From Roseibacillus sp. (lineage in GTDB: Bacteria; Verrucomicrobiota; Verrucomicrobiia; Verrucomicrobiales; Akkermansiaceae): 64,000 bases of DNA. Each line of letters begins with the position of its first letter. Position 1 is the first letter of the stretch. This document shows, piece after piece, positions 56,801 to 64,000 of this stretch. The notes beneath the pieces are model-generated. The model saw only the letters and a list, made by a program, of their open reading frames with translations. It was not told the origin of the DNA and made no database searches. The position numbers and the translations under genes are program-made. Location: positions 1-64,000 of the forward strand of contig CBDEUM010000004.1 of assembly GCA_965242925.1 (NCBI GenBank). The letters are read 5' to 3'.

Positions 56801-58333
56801 ATGTCCCAAACTACCTCTCCGGCCACCCGGAGCTTTCACTGCGTTTCCTGTCGCGGTGAAATTCAGATCCCGTTTGATCTGCCTCCGACAACTGCTCCAT
56901 GTCCCCATTGCGGGACCGGGATCTCCTCCCCCCCGCCTCCGGTTGTCTTTGCGGACCGGTCGCCGCTGGAACAGGCCGAGCTTCCACCCTCTGGGTCCGG
57001 CGAACCTCCCGCTCCGGCAGGTATTGCTCCGACAGCATCCGAAGAGGCGGTGCGGCCGGCAGCACCGGTCCCGTCTCCACTGGCGGGAGCGTCACTCCCG
57101 AAGTCGGAGCGCAGTCGACCGAAGCAGGGGCGGGGACTGCATCCAGCGATTCTATTCCTGGCCGCGGTGGTTCTTGTTGTGGGCGTGTTGATCACCCTGG
57201 TGGTGCTGAATCGCAAGGATCCAGATCCGGGGGCGCTCGTGGTGGTTCCCGCGAGGAAGAAGGTCACGGCTCCGCTTGAGAGGGAGGTGAGTGAACAGGG
57301 CCGGGAGCGTTTCCTTGAGCAGGGATGGAAGTCTGACGCTTCAAAGGCCCTGACCGGATTCCTGCAGGCTCGCAGCTCTGAAGAGAAGGCGCGCCATGTC
57401 ATTGGCGGGGACGTGCTGATGGGCGAGATGGAGAAGTTCTACACCGGTGTCAGCGAGATCGACGAGTCAGACACTCCAGTCAATGCCTTCAGTCATCAAC
57501 AACTCGACATCATGGACCGCCGGAGGGGGCTTTTCCTCATGCGTTTCGAAAGACCCTCGCAATTGAAGATGTCTGAATTCTTCCGGCCCGTGGCCCCGCT
57601 TGAGATCCAGCACGGCCTGAAGGAACCAGGCCTGCTCCTCTCCGCCTTTTCTACGAGGGAGCGCTTTGCGATGGAGCCAGTGCGGGTGATGGCCTTCTTC
57701 AAGGAGGTGAGTGGTAAACTGCTTCTGGACTGGAAGGTTTACACCCAGACGAAGTATCGTATTTTCAGGCATTTTATCAGCACTCCACGACCAGGTGCGG
57801 GCGGGGTGTTTCGGGTGATGGTCCGGGAGACCCTGCCTGTCACGAAGACCGGCACGATTGCCAATGCTGGGCGGAACTTCAGCCTGAGTGATCCGGCCTT
57901 TGCCCGGGACCAGGTCACGGTCACCGTGCTCAATGACGAACTGCCGGGCCGCATACTCTCCGAACTGGCATGGATCAATATTCCGAACCGACGGAATCAG
58001 AACCGTTACGCGACCGTGCGCCTCAGTTGGACGAGCGCCCCCGAAAGTCAGGTCCATCTCGACGAAGTGATCTGCTGGGAGTTTCTCGGTCTGGGCGGGC
58101 AGGCGGGAAACGCTGATCTCCTCGGAGAGGATGTGGTGGGGGAACCCGGTCCGGGGAAGTCCGTTCCCTTTGCGCCCGGGGAGCCGATCAACCCGGTTTC
58201 CATTCGTGAAGGGGAGCCTGGGGAGGGAATCCCCTCTGGGTCCAGCGGGGCTGAGGGCGGTTCCGGCGGCGGTGATGGAGGGAAGGAAGAAGAGGGAAAT
58301 GAGGAGAGCCCCAAGGGCCCCGTCAATCCGTGA
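56801..58333 (+). CDS. Zinc-ribbon / Pro-rich / single-TM hypothetical protein
   Basis: CVSC...CPHC, Pro-rich linker, one TM segment, large C-terminal domain; GTGA overlap with mnmE. Confidence 0.8.
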   Translation: MSQTTSPATRSFHCVSCRGEIQIPFDLPPTTAPCPHCGTGISSPPPPVVFADRSPLEQAELPPSGSGEPPAPAGIAPTASEEAVRPAAPVPSPLAGASLPKSERSRPKQGRGLHPAILFLAAVVLVVGVLITLVVLNRKDPDPGALVVVPARKKVTAPLEREVSEQGRERFLEQGWKSDASKALTGFLQARSSEEKARHVIGGDVLMGEMEKFYTGVSEIDESDTPVNAFSHQQLDIMDRRRGLFLMRFERPSQLKMSEFFRPVAPLEIQHGLKEPGLLLSAFSTRERFAMEPVRVMAFFKEVSGKLLLDWKVYTQTKYRIFRHFISTPRPGAGGVFRVMVRETLPVTKTGTIANAGRNFSLSDPAFARDQVTVTVLNDELPGRILSELAWINIPNRRNQNRYATVRLSWTSAPESQVHLDEVICWEFLGLGGQAGNADLLGEDVVGEPGPGKSVPFAPGEPINPVSIREGEPGEGIPSGSSGAEGGSGGGDGGKEEEGNEESPKGPVNP

Positions 58334-59670
58334 ATGAGACGATCGCGGCCGTTTCTACTCCCTTCGGGCAGGGGGCCCTCGCGGTGATCCGCCTTTCCGG
58401 GGCTGAGGCCCTGCCGGTGGCCGGGCAGGCCCTGGGGCGTGCCCCTGAAGGTCTCGAGGAACGGCACGCGCACCGGGCAAAAGTGCGCGCCGAGGATGGC
58501 GTGGTGCTGGACGATGTGGTGGTGACGGTCTTCAGGGGGCCGCGAAGCTATACCGGCGAGGATGTGGTGGAAATCAGCTGTCATGGCGGGGTGCTGGTGG
58601 TTCAGCGGTTGCTGGAACGTCTTCTGGAGTGTGGTGCGCGGAGTGCGGAAGCAGGAGAATTCACTCAACGGGCGTTCCTGAATGGAAAACTGGATCTCAC
58701 TCAGGCGGAAGCGGTGATGGATGTCATCTCGGCGCAGACCGACCTTGCTCTCAGGGCGGCCCAGCATCAACTGGGTGGCCGTATTGGGGTGGAGACCGAA
58801 ATCCTGCGGGGTGCAATTCTGGAGATTCTGGCCCATGTGGAGGCTTACATCGATTTTCCCGAGGAAGATATTGATCCGAATACAGGGGCCGGGTTGATCG
58901 GGAGGCTGGAGGGAGTGAAGACCCGAATCGATGAGCTGCTGGCGACCGCCGGGCAGGGGCGCATTTTGCGGGAAGGGGCGCGGACCGTCATTTGCGGCAA
59001 ACCAAATGTAGGGAAATCCAGCCTTCTCAATGTGCTCCTGGGCTATGAGCGTGCGATTGTGAGTGAGAGGGCCGGGACAACCCGGGATACCGTCGAGGAG
59101 GTCGTGAACGTCGGTGGAATTCCGGTGCGGTTGATTGATACCGCAGGGATTCGGGAATCCGTTGATGAAATCGAACGAGAGGGGGTGGAAAGGACAAAGC
59201 AGCATCTCGCAGAGGCCGATTTGGTCCTGGAGGTGGTGGATGCAAGCCGGGAGAAGGGAGCACTGCTATCAAGTGATAACCGTGAAAATCGCCATCATCT
59301 CCTGGTGCTCAACAAGACAGACCTGGGCGCTCATCCTGACTGGAACCAAGAGGGGAAAGGGGTTGCGATCTCCTGTAAAGAGGGAACCGGCATGGATGCT
59401 CTGGGCGAAGCGATTGGTGAGCAGCTTTCCCTTGGGGCTGCCAGTTGGGGGCAGGAGGCGGTGGCTGTCAATGCCCGGCACCAGGACTGCCTGCGGCGCG
59501 CGGAGAAAGCGCTCTCGGTAGCTCGTGAGCAATTAAGTGCGGGTGAGAGCCCGGAATTTGCGGCTGTCGATTTGAGAATAGCACTCGATGCCATCGGCGA
59601 AGTGGCAGGGAAGGTGGAAACGGAGGAATTGCTTGGTGAAATCTTTGGGCGCTTCTGTATTGGCAAATAG
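58330..59670 (+). CDS. mnmE: tRNA modification GTPase MnmE
   Basis: SYTGEDVVEI.CHGG, GKPNVGKSS, GTTRD, DTAG, NKTD and FCIGK motifs. Confidence 0.97.
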   Translation: MNETIAAVSTPFGQGALAVIRLSGAEALPVAGQALGRAPEGLEERHAHRAKVRAEDGVVLDDVVVTVFRGPRSYTGEDVVEISCHGGVLVVQRLLERLLECGARSAEAGEFTQRAFLNGKLDLTQAEAVMDVISAQTDLALRAAQHQLGGRIGVETEILRGAILEILAHVEAYIDFPEEDIDPNTGAGLIGRLEGVKTRIDELLATAGQGRILREGARTVICGKPNVGKSSLLNVLLGYERAIVSERAGTTRDTVEEVVNVGGIPVRLIDTAGIRESVDEIEREGVERTKQHLAEADLVLEVVDASREKGALLSSDNRENRHHLLVLNKTDLGAHPDWNQEGKGVAISCKEGTGMDALGEAIGEQLSLGAASWGQEAVAVNARHQDCLRRAEKALSVAREQLSAGESPEFAAVDLRIALDAIGEVAGKVETEELLGEIFGRFCIGK

Positions 59671-59901
59671 AATTCTGATGGTGGGCAAATCGATCACCTT
59701 TTGGTTTCCGAGGGTCGGTGGGAGAACCCGGACGGGGAGGCTTAAGGCCTTCCAGCGGGCCGGAATACCGGGGGGGAGCCTTTCCTTGAGGAAGGGAGGA
59801 AGGGGCCGGGGTGAAGATTCCAGCATTATCTTCTCCGGTAATTCCGTGAGGAGAGACTTGAAGAATCACGATGTTGTGGCTTGGTAAACCGTAGGAACCC
59901 C

Positions 59902-62646
59902 ATGGAAGAAAAACGATTCATTCTTCTCCTGAGCACAGCCATCCTCGGCGTAGCGCTCGTCTCCACGGCTCAGGACGGAGCGGACCCTCCGGCCCCGGCG
60001 GCGGAGGGCCCCGTGGCAGAATCAGGAACGGGAGAGGCAACCGAACCTGATGCCCCGGACGAGAAGCTCCTTCAGGCGCGCAAACTGGTCATCCAGCTGG
60101 GCGACGAATCCTACCGCGTAAGGGAGGAGGCCACCAAGGGGTTGTGGGGGCTCGGAGAAATCGGAATCGTGGCCATCAGGGAAGGGATGGAAACCGATGA
60201 TCCGGAGGTGGCTCACCGTTCACGGATTCTCCTGCAGCGTATTCTCACCGGGATCACTCCTGATACTCCCCGGAAGGTGGTGGATCTGGTCCAACGCTAC
60301 TTTCGCTCGGGCGTGGGGGGGAAGAAGGCGGTTTTCCAGGCGCTCCTCGATGCCGAGGCCTTTATCCAGATGCTTCGCATCTACCGCTTTGAAGAAGACG
60401 AAGAGGCCCGACAGAGTTGTGCAGAGTTGGTGGAAAAGGCGGTTCTGCCGCTCACCCTCAGGGAACTGGTTGAGGGGAATGTGAGCCAGGCGGAAGCGAT
60501 GTTGCGGCTGGCTCCGGTAAGTGACCAGAACAGTCGTCGCCTGGCCTGCCTCCTGCGCGTACAGGACAAATTGGACCGTGAGATGGATGTGGTGGTTCCC
60601 GCGATAGCCTACGGGGACGATGGCAAGGTCACGGAGGCGACCCGCGATTTTGCGAATCGCCAGCTGGCCCTGCTCCGTTCCAAGGGGCGACACACCGAAG
60701 CGCGTCACCTCGCTGAAAAAATGGGCCGCTCAGACATTGTGGCGGTGATGGCGCTCTTTGAGGGAGATCCAGTCCCCTATCTTCAGTGGTATATGGATCG
60801 CCCCAAGGAGTCGCCCATCGTGCGGGCACATGCCGAGATCGTCCTGAAAAGGTGGCAGTTGAATCACGAGGAGGCCGATCGCCTGATGAGGCAGATGGCG
60901 GAGGAGGCCGCAGGTGGAGGCGACGAGCGACGCGAAGCGATGCTTTCGCTTCTGCTCAATGGGAATCTCAAGGCCGGTCTTCCTCCTTTGTTCCAATCCA
61001 ACAAGGATGCCGCCTTCACTTATTACGAGACCGTCGAGCAGCCCACCAAGGCTGTGCAGGTGCTGGGATATGCCGGGACCGCCGGGGAAAAGACGCAGTG
61101 GCTGGAGAAGCGCTACCAGGCCATGCGGGACGACTGGGCGGAATCGGAGAAGGAGCGCTACGAAGCGCTCACGATTGCCTCGTTCCTTCATACGAGGGGC
61201 GAGAGTGCCGAGGGTCTCGGAATCATGGAACAGATTTCCGCGATCGCTTCCGGCGAAGGCCATTCCAATTGGCTGGAATTCATTGGTCGCCTCAACGATC
61301 TCGGAGGCAGCCTCTATGAACTGGCATTCTTCATTGCGACAAAAAAGCTGACTCCGGACTCGAAGGAGCGGGACGATCTCAGGATCGTCTCGCATCTGTT
61401 TGGGGAGGGAGATTCCGCGCCCCGGCTCTGGCATCTGCTGGAGTCACTGGAGAAGGACAAGGCCAAGCGGATCATCCTTCTGGGAGCCCTTTACGGGTTT
61501 GTGCATCTGGAGGACGAGAAGCTCCGTGCGTTTTTGGAGGAACTGGAAAAGAAGGCGGGGGAGCAGGAGGCCCGGGTGCAGACCCTGGCAGATCTGCTGG
61601 AAGCGGCGGAGGCGCGGGATGACGCCAAGGCTTCCCTGAAGCTCCTGGAAGAGCTCGTTAAACTTGATACGGATGAGAAGTGGGGCAAGAAGCTGGCGGC
61701 CTATTACGGCTATGTCTCGGACTGGGAGAAGGCCGCCGTCTCCCTGCGGTCGATTCTCGAGAAGGAGCCAACCAATCTGCGCTACCTGGCCGTCTACGGA
61801 GGGGTCCTGGTGCGGGCGGATCGGAGCGAGGAATCCGCCCGGCCCCTGGAGACGGTGGAGACCTTCTCCCTCGACGAGCCCATTCGTCTGTTGCGATTGG
61901 CCATTGATATGGAGCGTAGTGGAGCAGTCAGGGAGGCTGAAGGTTTCTGGAGAAAGCTCATCATGACCGGTGGGCCAAGTGACTGGTACTGGCAGACGGC
62001 GGCCTCCTACTTTGCCAAGCATGCGCGGCACAGCAAGCAGTGGCGGGTGGCAGCTGCCTTCGCGGAAGTGGATGCCATGCAGTATCTGAAGGGACGCTCC
62101 ACCACCATCAATCCGGTAGGGTTCATCCGTAAGCGTTTCATAGCGGACCTCTATCGCGCCCTCGCCCTGCGCCAGGAGGGTAATATGGAGGAGGCCATGA
62201 AACTTTTCCGAAGCTCGTTCGAGATCCTGAATGGCGACGGGATCCTGGCCGATGACTATTTTCCACTGCTTCGGGAAGCCGGTCTGGTCGAGGAACACGA
62301 TCGCAATTTTAAGATCGTCTACCAGCGTCTCCAGGAATCGATCGACGCCTACCCGCGGGCACACAACACCTACAACAGTGCGGCGTGGATGGCCTCGCGT
62401 GCATGTCGTGAGCTCCCCGATGCCCACGAGAAGATCCGCAAGGCGCTCTCAATGCGTCCCCGGCAGGCGGCCTATCTCGACACCATGGCGGAAGTCTGGT
62501 TCGCCAAGCGCAATCGCGAAGAGGCGGTTGCCTGGTCGCGCAAGGCGGTCCAGGGGAGCTTTCACGGTGGATCAAGTTCCGACGCAGGAGTGGGTCTGCG
62601 CGAACAGTATGACCGGTTTTTCTCCGGGGAGTTCCCGGTTCCCTAG
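59902..62646 (+). CDS. Large exported HEAT/TPR alpha-solenoid protein
   Basis: Signal peptide; LGDESYRVREEA HEAT-like unit; C-terminal YNSAAW...AAYLDTMAE TPR units. Confidence 0.8.
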   Translation: MEEKRFILLLSTAILGVALVSTAQDGADPPAPAAEGPVAESGTGEATEPDAPDEKLLQARKLVIQLGDESYRVREEATKGLWGLGEIGIVAIREGMETDDPEVAHRSRILLQRILTGITPDTPRKVVDLVQRYFRSGVGGKKAVFQALLDAEAFIQMLRIYRFEEDEEARQSCAELVEKAVLPLTLRELVEGNVSQAEAMLRLAPVSDQNSRRLACLLRVQDKLDREMDVVVPAIAYGDDGKVTEATRDFANRQLALLRSKGRHTEARHLAEKMGRSDIVAVMALFEGDPVPYLQWYMDRPKESPIVRAHAEIVLKRWQLNHEEADRLMRQMAEEAAGGGDERREAMLSLLLNGNLKAGLPPLFQSNKDAAFTYYETVEQPTKAVQVLGYAGTAGEKTQWLEKRYQAMRDDWAESEKERYEALTIASFLHTRGESAEGLGIMEQISAIASGEGHSNWLEFIGRLNDLGGSLYELAFFIATKKLTPDSKERDDLRIVSHLFGEGDSAPRLWHLLESLEKDKAKRIILLGALYGFVHLEDEKLRAFLEELEKKAGEQEARVQTLADLLEAAEARDDAKASLKLLEELVKLDTDEKWGKKLAAYYGYVSDWEKAAVSLRSILEKEPTNLRYLAVYGGVLVRADRSEESARPLETVETFSLDEPIRLLRLAIDMERSGAVREAEGFWRKLIMTGGPSDWYWQTAASYFAKHARHSKQWRVAAAFAEVDAMQYLKGRSTTINPVGFIRKRFIADLYRALALRQEGNMEEAMKLFRSSFEILNGDGILADDYFPLLREAGLVEEHDRNFKIVYQRLQESIDAYPRAHNTYNSAAWMASRACRELPDAHEKIRKALSMRPRQAAYLDTMAEVWFAKRNREEAVAWSRKAVQGSFHGGSSSDAGVGLREQYDRFFSGEFPVP

Positions 62647-62872
62647 GAACCGGTTTGCCCCACTCCCAATTCATTGACTTCATATGCTTAAATATTTGAA
62701 AGTCGGTGAAAACTTGCTGGATTTGCGGTTTCTCTTCGCGGGGCTCCTTGTCTGATAATCAGATGAGGGCCAATGAACCCCCTAGCAATCAGCTCGAAAA
62801 GAAAAGCTCTTCGTGACGGTTGCTGGGGCTGAACATAATCTTATGCATGAATCCCAGCCAATCCACTCGCCG

Positions 62873-64000
62873 ATGGCGCTGAAATGCCGACAATTTTTCC
62901 TGATGGCCACCGGTGTGATGGGGATCTTGGTTGCTGCACCATGCCTCGGCGAGGAAAGCGAGAGGGCCGATGAAAGCTGGTGGTCACTGCAACCACTCAG
63001 GGATTCGATCACCGTTCCACATCTTGAGGAGATTCCGAACAGCGGGTGGGCTCGCAACGAAATCGATCACTTCATTCTCAAAAAACTTGTTGCAAAAGAT
63101 CTTCATCCTTCACCTCCCGCCTCTGCCCGCGCATTGATCCGACGGCTATATGTTGATCTCGTGGGACTACCTCCTGCGCCCGAGACCGTAAGGGCCTACG
63201 AGAAAAATCCCTCCGACACCGCCTATGCAGAACTTGTCGACGAATTGCTCGCTTCACCACACTACGGCGAACGCTGGGCCCGACATTGGCTGGACGTCGT
63301 GCGATTCGGTGAGAGTGACGGTTTCGAACGCAACAGGCCTCGCAATCACGCCTGGCCGTATCGGGATTGGGCGATCAACGCGTTCAACGCTGATATGCCC
63401 TACGACGAGTTCGCGCAAAAACAAATCGCCGGCGACCTCACGCATCCAGGTGCAGAGGGCTCAGCGGCGGCTGGCTTCCTCGTGGCCGGAGTCCATAATA
63501 CGGTGGTCGGATCAAGCGAGGAGATGAAAAGGCTGGCTCGCCAGGACGAACTGGAAGAAATCGCGGGAGCGATCGGGCAAACCTTTCTGGGCCTGACGAT
63601 CAATTGTGCCCGTTGCCACGATCACAAGTATGACCCCATTTCCACGACCGAGTATTACCAGTTCATTTCCACCATCGACGGAGTCAGCCACGGTAACCGC
63701 GACGTGTTGGTAGAAGACCGTGCAAAGGAGCTCGCGGTCTTGGATCAGCAAATCAAGAAGCTGCAAGAGTCCCTGCATAGCATCGATCGAGCGACTCGCG
63801 AAGCGGTCCTCCAGTGGCGAAAAACGCAACGGCCCACGGGCAAGCCCAAGACACTTCCAACGGCTCTCCGCACCTGGACCTTCGACAAGAACTACACCGA
63901 CGCGTCGGGCTCGCTCCAGGGTGCTCCATCTGGAACTCCTCGCCTTGAAGGAGGAGCGCTCTACCTCGACGGAAAATCGTTCGTCAAAACAGGCCCTCTT
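62873..64000 (+). CDS. DUF1549/DUF1553-type protein (5' part; runs off the window) followed by a possible LamG-like domain
   Basis: Manual translation (absent from the ORF track): WWSLQP, RNEIDHFI, YGERWARHWLDVVRFGES, CARCHDHKYDP and WTFD motifs; alternative ATG at 62843. Confidence 0.9.
   Translation, partial: MALKCRQFFLMATGVMGILVAAPCLGEESERADESWWSLQPLRDSITVPHLEEIPNSGWARNEIDHFILKKLVAKDLHPSPPASARALIRRLYVDLVGLPPAPETVRAYEKNPSDTAYAELVDELLASPHYGERWARHWLDVVRFGESDGFERNRPRNHAWPYRDWAINAFNADMPYDEFAQKQIAGDLTHPGAEGSAAAGFLVAGVHNTVVGSSEEMKRLARQDELEEIAGAIGQTFLGLTINCARCHDHKYDPISTTEYYQFISTIDGVSHGNRDVLVEDRAKELAVLDQQIKKLQESLHSIDRATREAVLQWRKTQRPTGKPKTLPTALRTWTFDKNYTDASGSLQGAPSGTPRLEGGALYLDGKSFVKTGPL

Noticed and set aside
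1..64000. tRNA, rRNA, IS, integrase or prophage genes
   Set aside because: No cloverleaf with a T-arm, rRNA-like tract, transposase, integrase or phage protein motif seen by eye; a tRNAscan/Rfam run would be needed to exclude small RNAs

Overview
A gene-dense, GC-rich bacterial chromosomal window. Its gene content suggests Verrucomicrobiota or another PVC-group organism (inference): sulfatases, DUF1501 and DUF1549/DUF1553 cytochrome-type proteins, and a prenyltransferase/squalene-oxidase-repeat protein. About 52 CDS are present. Many are housekeeping genes: ispH, uxaC, hisI, holB, fabG, asnS, dnaB, rplI, aroB, adk-like, fmt, pyrH, frr, ubiE/menG, hisC and mnmE. Others are transporters (PiT with DUF47, and an SSS permease with its small partner), a short sigma-70 factor and lemA-htpX. 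I saw no rRNA, tRNA, CRISPR array, transposase or integrase. Four points stand out. (1) A tightly packed ~8.9 kb operon of uncharacterised exported or membrane proteins (10142-19057) contains three paralogues with a shared repeated architecture. (2) One gene of that operon is split by a single in-frame TGA followed by a hairpin fitting the loose bacterial SECIS pattern. (3) A COG2958/HrgA-like HTH plus nuclease-fold protein has an apparently degenerate catalytic motif. (4) A 96-bp near-perfect duplication of a gene 5' end is present. Several single-base lesions could be assembly errors. All family assignments come from motif recognition by eye, not from database searches.
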